Source: Lachnospiraceae bacterium
GTDB lineage: Bacteria > Bacillota > Clostridia > Lachnospirales > Lachnospiraceae
Direction: 5' to 3'
Assembly (NCBI GenBank): GCA_017624115.1
Contig: JAGANQ010000068.1
Span: 20,370-84,369, forward strand
DNA length: 64,000 bases
Of this stretch, positions 8,500-17,554 are shown piece after piece. The position numbers were made by a program, and so were the translations under genes. A model generated the notes under the pieces. That model was not told the DNA's origin, did no database searches, and saw only the letters and a list, made by a program, of their open reading frames with translations. Positions within the stretch are counted from its first letter, which is position 1. Each line of letters begins with the position of its first letter.

Positions 8500-9595
8500 C
8501 AAACGCCACCCTCCATTCTCTTTTTGCAATTGCTATCGTCATACCATTTTCCGCCTTCTTGTCCAGCACAAGTATTCCCCCTGTGACACATGCTGCCAGT
8601 GCCGCCCTTTCACAAACATTCGCCACTCCAACCGTTTTCTTTACAAATTCCGATTCGTGGAAGCTTCCCGGTATCTTCTCCAGCTCCTCTGCCGGATAAG
8701 TCACAAATGGTATCGCCGCTTTCTGGCTAAAGCCAAGCAGCCCGGCTTCTCTGCTTTTCTGAGCCACAGATGCCAGCGCATATACCTGCTCTATCCGAAT
8801 TCCCACCTGTTTTATTGTATTATAAATAAATTCCTCTATCTCCTCCTGTGCTTTCCCTTTTCTGCAGCCGATGCCAATCACATACTCCTTCGGTCTTAAG
8901 CAAAACGCTGCCGGAAGCTCCTCCGTCTCTGCTGTAATGATAATATCCACCGGCTGCTGCGGTGGGTAGGCTGCTATGCACACCTCTGGGGGAGCCTGCC
9001 CTGCTTCTTTAAGGTGCCCTGTTTCTACCGATATGGCAATCCTTTCTCCTGTCAGTACTTTAGAAGAAACTCTGGCAATTCCCGATTTATCCGTAATATA
9101 AAGTCCATTTCTTCTGGCAAAGACATCCACCGCGAACTTCCGGTTTACGTCCGTAGCGGTGGTGATAACAGGAACCGCTCCCAGTTGTCTGCCCAGATAC
9201 ACGGCTATCTCATTGGCACCACCCATATGCCCGGAAAGAATGGGAATGATGTAATTGCCAAGCTCATCCATCACAAGCACCGGACTGTCATGCAGCTTGT
9301 CAGTAAGGTACGGTGCGATTGCCCGCACCGCAATCCCACAGGCTCCGATAAACAAAATTCCGTTTCTCTTTGCAAGCTGCTCTCCTGCCCATTCTCCGAT
9401 ACGCTCCTTCACAAAGGTAATCTCTGCTTTTTGCAGGGAAGCATCCATGCTTAGGGAAGCATCCATGCTTAGGGAAGCATCCATGCTTCCCGAATATTTT
9501 GTAAAAAGTGATACGTCATAAAGCTCTGCCAGCATCGCTGTCCTCTCAGAAAGCTCTGCTCCTTTTTGTGTAAAGCTGATAACAGACAGTCTCAT
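8489..9595 (-). CDS. cbiG: Cobalt-precorrin-5A hydrolase
   Basis: The layout is the CbiG N-terminal, middle and C-terminal pattern (SGHMGGANE, GIGCRKG). The gene sits between cbiF and cbiH and carries an in-frame MDASLS x3 insertion. Confidence 0.85.
   Translation of the reverse strand: MRLSVISFTQKGAELSERTAMLAELYDVSLFTKYSGSMDASLSMDASLSMDASLQKAEITFVKERIGEWAGEQLAKRNGILFIGACGIAVRAIAPYLTDKLHDSPVLVMDELGNYIIPILSGHMGGANEIAVYLGRQLGAVPVITTATDVNRKFAVDVFARRNGLYITDKSGIARVSSKVLTGERIAISVETGHLKEAGQAPPEVCIAAYPPQQPVDIIITAETEELPAAFCLRPKEYVIGIGCRKGKAQEEIEEFIYNTIKQVGIRIEQVYALASVAQKSREAGLLGFSQKAAIPFVTYPAEELEKIPGSFHESEFVKKTVGVANVCERAALAACVTGGILVLDKKAENGMTIAIAKREWRVAFDEE
9436..9489. repeat. 18-bp tandem repeat x3 inside cbiG (in frame, encodes MDASLS x3)
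   Basis: GGGAAGCATCCATGCTTA occurs at 9436-9453 and 9454-9471. The third copy, at 9472-9489, differs only at its last base. Confidence 0.95.
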
Positions 9596-10362
9596 CTCTC
9601 TTTTTGTTCCTTTGCTTTTCTATATTCCGTTGAAAAATCTGCTGCATATAATCTGGACTTTTCGTAATGCTGATGTGCTATTGCATCTCCTACTAAGACC
9701 AGTGCTGTTTTAGTAATTCCATGCTCCTGTGCTGTTTCAGCCAATGTCTCCACGGTACAGATATAAGCTTCCTCCTCCGGCCAGGTAGCCTTATATACAA
9801 TCGCTGCCGGGGTCTGCGGCTCATAGCCTCCTGCTGTCAGCCTTTTGCTCAGTTCCTTAAGCATGCCCGTACTCAGATAAATCGCCATCGAAGCATGATG
9901 CGCCGCAAAGCTCTCGATACTCTCTTTTTCCGGCACAGCAGTTCTCCCCGCCATTCTTGTGATAATTAGTGACTGAGATATTCCCGGCAGAGTGTATTCC
10001 AGATTAAGGGCTGAAGCTGCACCGAAACAGGCACTGACTCCCGGACAGCTCTCGTAAGAAATACCCAGCTTTTCCAGCTCATCCATCTGTTCTCTCACAG
10101 CTCCATATACGCTCGGATCACCCGTATGCAGTCTCACCGTAGTTTTATTCTCCTGCTCTGCCTTCTGCATCAACGAGATAACCTCCTTAAGCGTAAGCAG
10201 CGCACTGTTATGCAATTCACAGTCCTCCTGCGCATAATCCAACAGCTGTGGATTTACCAGTGACCCGGCATAGATAATAACATCCGCCCTCTTTAATAAT
10301 TCCATTCCCCTGACAGTAATCAAATCTGCCGCTCCGGTTCCAGCCCCAACAAAGTAAACCAT
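9592..10362 (-). CDS. cbiF: Cobalt-precorrin-4 C11-methyltransferase
   Basis: MVYFVGAGTGAADLITVRG and HTGDPSVYGA are tetrapyrrole methylase motifs. The position between cbiD and cbiG fits. Confidence 0.85.
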   Translation of the reverse strand: MVYFVGAGTGAADLITVRGMELLKRADVIIYAGSLVNPQLLDYAQEDCELHNSALLTLKEVISLMQKAEQENKTTVRLHTGDPSVYGAVREQMDELEKLGISYESCPGVSACFGAASALNLEYTLPGISQSLIITRMAGRTAVPEKESIESFAAHHASMAIYLSTGMLKELSKRLTAGGYEPQTPAAIVYKATWPEEEAYICTVETLAETAQEHGITKTALVLVGDAIAHQHYEKSRLYAADFSTEYRKAKEQKER

Positions 10363-11459
10363 ACATCCGCCTCCTTACTTCTTGCCAGCTCTCCAAACTC
10401 ATTGGCATACATAATACATTCTATTTTCATCCGTCCTCCGGCACGTTTTTCCAGATAATAGCAAATCCGCTCCATAGCATAATCCATAACCTGACGGCAC
10501 TTTCCTTCCTCTGTCAAAATTCTCACTGCCTCTTCGGTTGTCACACAGTCAAGAATTTCACGCACCCGGTCAGTATTGACGCATTCCTTTACTGCAAATG
10601 CCGCCAGAAGCTCCATCCGGCAGTCTCCCTCTCTGGAATGTGTATCCATGATTCCGCCCGCCACCTTAATCAGTTTTCCGATATGCCCGGTAAGAAGCAT
10701 CGATTGAAATCCAAGCTCTGCTGCCATATCAATCGTTCTGCCGATATAATTACTGCACTTAACACTTTTGTCCAGATTATATCCATATGCCCTCTGCATA
10801 AATTCAAGTCCATAATTTCCAGGCGAAACAGCCACATAATCATATCCCTCTGCTCTCCTTTGCCGAAGCTCCACACAAATAGTATCAAGAATCGCCTGGC
10901 TGCTCATCGGTTCTACAATTCCCGTTGTTCCCAAAATCGAAATTCCGCCTGTAATGCCAAGTCTCGGATTGAAGGTCTGCTCTGCCAGTTTTTCTCCCTC
11001 CGGCACAAAGATTTCCACCGATAAGGCTCCCCTGTAATCCGTGAGGCTGCATATCTCTGCCACCTCTTTTCTAATCATCTCCCGGGGAACATGATTGATA
11101 GCTGCATTTCCTACCGGCTGGTCAAGTCCCGGTCTGGTTACTCTCCCAACACCAGTGCCGCCGTCAATCTGTATCAATTTCGTCTCATTCTCTGTTTTCT
11201 CTGCTACCTCATCCAACAGTCTTACCCGCGCACAAATCAACGCTCCCGTTGTCACATCCGGGTCGTCTCCGCCGTCCTTTCTCACACCGCAGCTTACCTC
11301 ACACTCACCTCGCCGGATATCCTCAATTTGCGCCGTATACAGAATCCCCTTTGGCGTCTCTATTGTAATCTCCGTTTTTTCCTTTCCTGTCAGAAGCATA
11401 TACGCTGCTGCCTTTGACGCCGCCGCCGCACAGCTTCCCGTTGTAAATCCATAACGCAT
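10320..11459 (-). CDS. cbiD: Cobalt-precorrin-5B C1-methyltransferase
   Basis: MRYGFTTGSCAAAASKAA is the characteristic CbiD N-terminus. GITGGISILGTTGIVEPMS is also present. Confidence 0.9.
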   Translation of the reverse strand: MRYGFTTGSCAAAASKAAAYMLLTGKEKTEITIETPKGILYTAQIEDIRRGECEVSCGVRKDGGDDPDVTTGALICARVRLLDEVAEKTENETKLIQIDGGTGVGRVTRPGLDQPVGNAAINHVPREMIRKEVAEICSLTDYRGALSVEIFVPEGEKLAEQTFNPRLGITGGISILGTTGIVEPMSSQAILDTICVELRQRRAEGYDYVAVSPGNYGLEFMQRAYGYNLDKSVKCSNYIGRTIDMAAELGFQSMLLTGHIGKLIKVAGGIMDTHSREGDCRMELLAAFAVKECVNTDRVREILDCVTTEEAVRILTEEGKCRQVMDYAMERICYYLEKRAGGRMKIECIMYANEFGELARSKEADVWFTLLGLEPERQI

Positions 11460-11462
11460 CGT

Positions 11463-12107
11463 TTATCCTTCTCTTCCCAGCTCATAGATAATGGCATTGC
11501 AGATAGCTGCCGCTACATTGCTGCCGCCCTTTCTTCCGCGATTGATGATATATGGCACATCTGTCTCCATAATAAGTTCCTTCGCTGCCTCCACGTTGAC
11601 AAAGCCTACCGGAACTCCGATAATAAATGACGGCTTAAAACCGTTCTGCATCATTTCATATAGCTGTATCAGCGCTGTAGGCGCATTCCCAACAGCAAAA
11701 ATCACCTGCTTTTCCAGTCTGGAGGCTTTTTCCATACTGACAGCTGCCCGTGTTACCTGCCGCTCCTTCGCTATACGCGCGACCTCCTCATCTGCCATAA
11801 AGCAATGCACTTGTCCTCCATAGCGGGCAAGCGCACGTTTATTGATTCCTGCCAGAGCCATATTAGTATCTGTCACAATATCTGCCCCGTCAAGAACCAG
11901 CTTTTTTACAATCGAAACTGCCTGTTTCGAATAGGTCATGGTCTGTGCATAGTCAAAATCCGCACTGGTATGAATCACCCGTTTTGTAATTGCCTCCTGT
12001 TCCTTCGGAAGTACAATATGGCGCGCTCTCAGCTCCGTTTCAATAATTTCAAAGCTTCGTTTCTCGATTTCCTCGGGAATCACATACTCAATTCTCTTCA
12101 TAAACAT
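11463..12107 (-). CDS. cbiC: Cobalt-precorrin-8 methylmutase
   Basis: The protein is 214 aa and contains HTSADFDY, AVGNAPTAL and RGRKGGSNVAAA, the CbiC/CobH pattern. Confidence 0.85.
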   Translation of the reverse strand: MFMKRIEYVIPEEIEKRSFEIIETELRARHIVLPKEQEAITKRVIHTSADFDYAQTMTYSKQAVSIVKKLVLDGADIVTDTNMALAGINKRALARYGGQVHCFMADEEVARIAKERQVTRAAVSMEKASRLEKQVIFAVGNAPTALIQLYEMMQNGFKPSFIIGVPVGFVNVEAAKELIMETDVPYIINRGRKGGSNVAAAICNAIIYELGREG

Positions 12108-13120
12108 TCTCCCATCCTTCTTAGCAGCTGTTCATTTTCCTCTCTGCTCTTCACCGCAATCCGGTAATACCCGTTTGAAAGCCCTCTGAAATTGCTGCAG
12201 TCTCTGATAAGAATTCGTACTTTTAACAGCTCTTCGTAAAGTGCTGTCTCCGTATACACCATGACAAAATTTGCCGAAGCCGGAAATACCGTTATTCCGT
12301 CTGCTTTCAGACTCCCCTCCAGATATTCACGCTCTCTTTTTACATACTCCCGCGTTCTCTCGATAAAAGCATGCTCTCCGGCACATGCGATACCGGAAAG
12401 CTGTGAAAATACTGAAAGATTCCACTCCGGCAGATGCTTTTGTATCTGTTTCGTCAAATCAGCGTTGCTGCTCAAAAGATACCCGAACCGTACTCCCGGT
12501 ATGGCAAAAATTTTCGTAAACGCACGGACCAGCAGCAAATTATCATATACTTCAAGCTTCGGAAGCATGGAACTGCCATGTCCGCAAAAGTCGATAAAGC
12601 ATTCATCCAGAACTACATATATCTTTTTTTCTCTGCAATGGCACAGTATTTTTTCCAACAGTCCTACAGGAATCAGATTTCCTACCGGATTGTTAGGATT
12701 GGCAAGAAACAGCAAATCCGTTTTTTCATCAAGCAGCTTAAAGATACCCTCATCCAGTGCGAAGTTATTCTCTCTTTTCATCTGATAATAGATAATTTCT
12801 CCCTTACATGCTGATGCTGCATGCTCATAGCCATAAAAAGAGGGAACCGGTATGACAATCCGCTCCGGCATCAGTGCATGAATCACTGCCATAAAAAGCT
12901 CCGATGCCCCATTGCCAAACAGCAGATACTCTTCGGGGACTGACAGCATGCGGCTCATCACTGTTCTCAGCCGTTCCATCTCCGGATCCGGGTATTTCGT
13001 ACACTCAGACACAGCAGCCAAAAGTGTGTCTTTCACATGTTCCGGTATCCCAAGCGGATTTACATTAACGGAAAAGTCGTTCTCTACTTGATTTCGGTAT
13101 ATATCTCCACCATGTATCAT
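12098..13120 (-). CDS. cobD: Threonine-phosphate decarboxylase (class I/II aminotransferase fold)
   Basis: It has MIHGGDIY at the N-terminus, LANPNNPVG, and a PLP-lysine region (AFTKIFAIPGVRFGY). It lies next to cbiB. Confidence 0.8.
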   Translation of the reverse strand: MIHGGDIYRNQVENDFSVNVNPLGIPEHVKDTLLAAVSECTKYPDPEMERLRTVMSRMLSVPEEYLLFGNGASELFMAVIHALMPERIVIPVPSFYGYEHAASACKGEIIYYQMKRENNFALDEGIFKLLDEKTDLLFLANPNNPVGNLIPVGLLEKILCHCREKKIYVVLDECFIDFCGHGSSMLPKLEVYDNLLLVRAFTKIFAIPGVRFGYLLSSNADLTKQIQKHLPEWNLSVFSQLSGIACAGEHAFIERTREYVKREREYLEGSLKADGITVFPASANFVMVYTETALYEELLKVRILIRDCSNFRGLSNGYYRIAVKSREENEQLLRRMGECL

Positions 13121-13136
13121 GCTTTTCTTCTCACTC

Positions 13137-14120
13137 CTATCTAATCAGCACTGTAACCGTCATCAGAAGCAGACATATGATTTCACAAAGCCATGCTGTA
13201 AGATACATCAGGCGGTTGGTACGCCTGATATCCTCCGGCTCTATCGGACGTAAATCATCCCCTATATACGGTTTTTTCACACACTTTCCAAAATAGCTGG
13301 CATCACCTGCCAGCCATACACCAAGTGCCCCGGCACATGCTGCTTCTGTCTGCGCTGAATTTGGGCTGGCATGCTTCCGGTTATCACGCCGGTACATTTG
13401 TAATGCCCGTCTGCCGTCAAAATCCCCGCCCGCCAGAAATGAAGCCGCAATCATCAGATACGCACTGATTCTTGAGGGAATGTAATTGACCAGATCATCC
13501 AGTCTGGCTGCTGCCCTGCCAAAATACAGATAACGCTCATTTTTATATCCCACCATGGAATCCATCGTATTGACTGCCTTATATAAAAATCCCGCCAGGG
13601 GACCACCAAGAGCCGTATATAGCATCGGAGCAATCACGCCATCGGAGGTATTTTCCGCCACCGTCTCAACGGCTGCCCGCGTAACCCCCGCCTCATCGAG
13701 ACATTGCGTGTCACGCCCCACTATCATGGATACTGCTCTTCTGGCTCCCTCCAGGTCTTTTTCCTGCAAGGCCTGGCAGACCTTCATGCTCTCCACCTTC
13801 AGACATTTTGCTGCCAGAATCTGATACGTCATTATCGTTTCCAGCAAAACCCCTGCGCAGGGGTGAAGCCAGTACGCACCTGAGAGCAATATCGCCGTAA
13901 CGGATAATACAGCAGCCAGCACCAGAAGCACCAGCAGTCCGCCCTGCCGCAGTTCTGTCTTTTCTTTGTTTCCCGCTTCTTTTTTTCCATTTCTGAGCCT
14001 TTTCTCACAAAGTGAAATCAGACCTCCTATCAGCCTGACCGGATGAGGAAGCCAATGCGGGTCACCAAGGAGCATGTCCAATATAAATCCAAGAAAAAAA
14101 GCTGTCATGTGATACTTCAT
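13137..14120 (-). CDS. cbiB: Adenosylcobinamide-phosphate synthase
   Basis: It is a membrane protein with LGDPHWLPHPVRLIG and ASPNSAQTEAA motifs typical of CbiB/CobD. Confidence 0.9.
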   Translation of the reverse strand: MKYHMTAFFLGFILDMLLGDPHWLPHPVRLIGGLISLCEKRLRNGKKEAGNKEKTELRQGGLLVLLVLAAVLSVTAILLSGAYWLHPCAGVLLETIMTYQILAAKCLKVESMKVCQALQEKDLEGARRAVSMIVGRDTQCLDEAGVTRAAVETVAENTSDGVIAPMLYTALGGPLAGFLYKAVNTMDSMVGYKNERYLYFGRAAARLDDLVNYIPSRISAYLMIAASFLAGGDFDGRRALQMYRRDNRKHASPNSAQTEAACAGALGVWLAGDASYFGKCVKKPYIGDDLRPIEPEDIRRTNRLMYLTAWLCEIICLLLMTVTVLIR

Positions 14121-14149
14121 CCTATTTCACCTCTTTGCATCATCCGTGA

Positions 14150-14773
14150 TTATAATCTTTTTACATCTGTTATCCTTACCGACTCTACGGCCTCTGTTAT
14201 TCTGCACAGATACCCCTCACCGTTTGGCACCTGATAATCAAAATATTCTCCGCCATACAATCTGGAAAGCAATGCCATAATCGTTCCGCCATGTACAAGC
14301 ATCCCGATGGTCTGGAGCTTTCGTCCCTGCTTTCTTTCCCGGTTAATCCTCTCAAGCATGTTACGAAATCCTTCTTCACAGCGCAGCATAAATTCTTCCC
14401 GGCTCTCACCCTCTGGAAATGGCAATACTCCGTCACTGTCAATCCATGCCTGATATCGTTCATCCCATTTCAGTTCCTCATAATTTTTTCCCTCAAATGC
14501 ACCAAAATCCATCTCCGCCCACTCATAAATTACAGCGGGGCACATATCAGGATACAAAATCGACGCTGTCTCAAGGCAGCGTCTCATGGGGCTGGTAAAA
14601 AGCATGTCCACCCGCGGATATTTATGAGCTGCATGGTTCTGCTCCAGTTCGCGGATGCCTTCCATGGAAAGCGCTTCATCCGTTCTGCCCAGATAACGAT
14701 GCTCCCTGTTTGATTTCGTCTCCCCGTGACGAATGAGCACCAGCGTTATTTGATTCTCTGTCCGATTCCACAT
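14150..14773 (-). CDS. cobC: Alpha-ribazole phosphatase (histidine phosphatase family)
   Basis: LVLIRHGETKSNREHRYLG contains the RHG motif, and VHGGTIMAL is also present. The gene lies inside the nucleotide-loop assembly genes. Confidence 0.75.
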   Translation of the reverse strand: MWNRTENQITLVLIRHGETKSNREHRYLGRTDEALSMEGIRELEQNHAAHKYPRVDMLFTSPMRRCLETASILYPDMCPAVIYEWAEMDFGAFEGKNYEELKWDERYQAWIDSDGVLPFPEGESREEFMLRCEEGFRNMLERINRERKQGRKLQTIGMLVHGGTIMALLSRLYGGEYFDYQVPNGEGYLCRITEAVESVRITDVKRL

Positions 14774-15123
14774 ATTACCCTTACCACTTCCTCAGATTGT
14801 CCGGCTATCTCTGTCAAAAGCCTGCCAAGCCTTTCCCTGTATTCCCGTTCGAAGCTTTCAAGAGGCACAATTCCGTTTCCGACCTCATCACTGATAATGA
14901 TGCAGTCCGGATTTCGTGACAGATAGTCTCTGATAAGCTCCTCCGGCTGTTTTCCCTGCTCTATGCACGCTCTTACCCATCGGTGAAAATGATAGATAAT
15001 AACCGTCTGTCCATTATTCTCTTCCGGCAGCGCCGCGTCTGTCACAGCCCCCTCTGTCAGATGATAGTTCTGCAATGCGTAATTAAGCTTGCCCTGTGCA
15101 TATCCTCCTATAATCAGCTTCAT
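14746..15123 (-). CDS. Short, degenerate CobU-like protein (no intact P-loop or guanylyl-His region)
   Basis: The C-terminal half, IIISDEVGNGIVP...RLGRLLTEIAGQSEEVVRVICGIGQRIK, parallels the C-terminus of the full CobU at 15898-16443. The N-terminus reads IIGGYAQGKL instead of GGSGSGKS. Confidence 0.6.
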   Translation of the reverse strand: MKLIIGGYAQGKLNYALQNYHLTEGAVTDAALPEENNGQTVIIYHFHRWVRACIEQGKQPEELIRDYLSRNPDCIIISDEVGNGIVPLESFEREYRERLGRLLTEIAGQSEEVVRVICGIGQRIK

Positions 15124-15127
15124 TTTT

Positions 15128-15901
15128 TCACCCCTGTATCCATAGTGTATTTATAATAGCTGATGCTATCATAACTGCCCCCTCACAGATTACAATAAAA
15201 TACCCTGTCGTATCACCTGTGATTCCACCCAGTTCCTTTTTGCTTTTCCAATAATAATATCCAAAAACCAGCATTGCTGCCAGAAAAATCACAATTCCGG
15301 CAAACAGGTCTGTCCACAGTATAAAAAATATACAGACCATTCCCTGCAAAGCAAGTGTTCCCGTGACGATTTTCTTCTGTGCACTTCCCGCAAATAAATA
15401 TGCCAGCCCGTCCTTCTTCGCCTTCGGGAAAAGCACAAGGCTGATTCCGCCAAGTACACGTGACAAAAAAAAGCCTGCCGCTGCTATCCGAAGCAGCCGC
15501 TCATCTGAAATCTGTGAAAAGGAAGCCAGATAAAGAAGTCCATATGATACAAGCATAATCACAGAAAATGCTCCGATATGAGAATCCTTCAGTATTTCCA
15601 GCTTTCTTTCACGCGGCTGATAGGAATGGAACGCATCCATCGTATCCATAAAACCATCCATATGAAAGCCGCCTGTAACAAGCAGAGGAATCGCCGCTCC
15701 CACCAGTATATAACAGAACTCTCCTGTCTGATAAGCCTTACAGAGCATTCCCCAGCCATAAACCAGTATACCTGTCACGATTCCCACCCATGGGAAAAAG
15801 CAGAGCATATATTTCATATCCCCTTCTCTCCACTCAAACTGTGGAACCGGGATTTTAGAATATATGGAAAAAGCAATAAAAAAAGCTTTAAGCACGCTCA
15901 T
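15128..15901 (-). CDS. cobS: Adenosylcobinamide-GDP ribazoletransferase (cobalamin synthase)
   Basis: It is a polytopic membrane protein with FHMDGFMDTMDA and GITGDT motifs. It shares an ATGA overlap with cobU. Confidence 0.85.
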   Translation of the reverse strand: MSVLKAFFIAFSIYSKIPVPQFEWREGDMKYMLCFFPWVGIVTGILVYGWGMLCKAYQTGEFCYILVGAAIPLLVTGGFHMDGFMDTMDAFHSYQPRERKLEILKDSHIGAFSVIMLVSYGLLYLASFSQISDERLLRIAAAGFFLSRVLGGISLVLFPKAKKDGLAYLFAGSAQKKIVTGTLALQGMVCIFFILWTDLFAGIVIFLAAMLVFGYYYWKSKKELGGITGDTTGYFIVICEGAVMIASAIINTLWIQG

Positions 15902-16443
15902 CTGACTCCTCCTGACTTAATTGTCAGCGGAATTCCTGCCACCACCTCTGTCACCTCATCTGCCATATCGGCAAGTCTGCGGTTGACAGCTCCCAGAACC
16001 CGCATATATTCCATCGTTGTCTCATCATAGGTAATACCATCCTCGAAAACATTGTTCGTAACGATTACAAGACAGGTAAGCTCCTGCTGCAGCTTCTCAA
16101 TTCCGTTTATTATTTTCTGGAATACCTCTTTCCCCGGCTTTATACAGTCACCGCCAAACATTTCATTTGCAGCCAGATTAGACATACACTCCAGCAATGC
16201 AAAAGCCTTCCCTGTTTTCATTTTCTGTAAAGCTATTTCTACAGAAACAGGCTGCTCAATCGTCAGAAATCCTCTGTCTGCCCGCATTCTCTGATGGCGC
16301 TCCACTTTTCTTCTTCCCTCTTCACCGGACACCTGCATTGTGGCAATATAATATTTCTGCACATTTCCCGCAGCCATATCGATGTAATTCTCTGCATAGG
16401 CAGACTTACCGCTTCCGCTGCCTCCTGTCACTACTACCAGCAT
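15898..16443 (-). CDS. cobU: Adenosylcobinamide kinase / adenosylcobinamide-phosphate guanylyltransferase
   Basis: MLVVVTGGSGSGKSAYAE is a Walker A motif. VERHQRMR and VTNNVFEDGI...AGIPLTIK are also present. The ATG at 16443 directly follows the cobT stop; the ORF track extends to 16524. Confidence 0.85.
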   Translation of the reverse strand: MLVVVTGGSGSGKSAYAENYIDMAAGNVQKYYIATMQVSGEEGRRKVERHQRMRADRGFLTIEQPVSVEIALQKMKTGKAFALLECMSNLAANEMFGGDCIKPGKEVFQKIINGIEKLQQELTCLVIVTNNVFEDGITYDETTMEYMRVLGAVNRRLADMADEVTEVVAGIPLTIKSGGVR

Positions 16444-16444
16444 T

Positions 16445-17554
16445 TTACATAAACCTCTTATAGCTTTCCATCTGCACATCCTCAAAGGTGGTTCTGTTAT
16501 GATAGACAGAGACTGCCATGTCAAGCAGTGACATCATCATAACTGCTCCTGTTCCTTCACCCAGCGCAAGATTAGCGTCAATCACCGGAGATAACCCCAG
16601 CTTTTCTGTCAGCATTTTGACTGCAGGCTCTTTTCCCTTGTGAGAAGCAATCAAATATGCTTTACTTCCCGGAAGCAGCTCTTCTGCCAGAAGTGCTGAC
16701 ACCAGACTGATAACACCATCCAGCACAATAGGAATATGATAAAGCGCTCCACCCATGCACACTCCGGCAAGTCCCGCAATATCGAGACCGCCGACTGCTG
16801 CGAGCACCTGCAGGGCATCCGCCTTGCAGAGCTGATAGTTTTCAACCGCTTCCCTGACTACCTGCTGTTTTTTCTCAAGCCCTTCATCACTTAAGCCAGC
16901 CCCTCTGCCTGTCACCTCCGCCGCCGGACAATGAAGAAGTGCTGCTGCTACCGCACTGCTCGTTGTAGTATTGCCAATTCCCATCTCCCCGGTTGCTATC
17001 AGCCTGTAGCCCTTTCTTTTACACTCTGATACTATCTCTATCCCCGTAAACACAGCACGGATGGCTTCCTGCTCTGTCATTGCCGGAGTTTTATAAAAGT
17101 TCTCTGTCCCGCATTTTACTTTTCGCTGTACCAGTCCGTCAATCGGTTCCCTGCGGTTGATACCGATATCTACCGGTATTGTATCAGCACCAATAACCTC
17201 CGCCATTTTTCCCACGGAGGTCGCCTTTCTGGTCATCCGTTCGGCAACGATTGCCGTAACCTCCTGTCCTGACTGGCTTACGCCTTCCTCTACAATGCCA
17301 TTATCTGCACACATGATGACGACTACTTTTCGTGAAATATTCACCTGCTCCTCACCTGAAATGGCACCAATCTGTGCAATCAGAGGTTCAAAGGCTCCCA
17401 GTCCGTCCAATGGCTTCAGCACCATATCCCAGTTCTTCTGTATCTGCCTTCGGATAGTTTCATCTGGTGCATCAATATGAAGCGAACGCAGGGCTTCTCT
17501 CGTATACTTTTGTATACTATACTCATTCCAGCTTTGCTTCCCTAAGGATTCCAT
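16445..17554 (-). CDS. cobT: Nicotinate-nucleotide--dimethylbenzimidazole phosphoribosyltransferase
   Basis: [27 protein letters not shown] and ALGEGTGA are CobT motifs. Confidence 0.9.
   Translation of the reverse strand: MESLGKQSWNEYSIQKYTREALRSLHIDAPDETIRRQIQKNWDMVLKPLDGLGAFEPLIAQIGAISGEEQVNISRKVVVIMCADNGIVEEGVSQSGQEVTAIVAERMTRKATSVGKMAEVIGADTIPVDIGINRREPIDGLVQRKVKCGTENFYKTPAMTEQEAIRAVFTGIEIVSECKRKGYRLIATGEMGIGNTTTSSAVAAALLHCPAAEVTGRGAGLSDEGLEKKQQVVREAVENYQLCKADALQVLAAVGGLDIAGLAGVCMGGALYHIPIVLDGVISLVSALLAEELLPGSKAYLIASHKGKEPAVKMLTEKLGLSPVIDANLALGEGTGAVMMMSLLDMAVSVYHNRTTFEDVQMESYKRFM

Noticed and set aside
9436-9489. I checked whether the 18-bp tandem repeat could be a CRISPR array or a mobile-element end.
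   Set aside because: The copies are directly adjacent with no spacers, lie in frame inside cbiG, and no cas genes or transposase are present. It is a simple coding tandem duplication.
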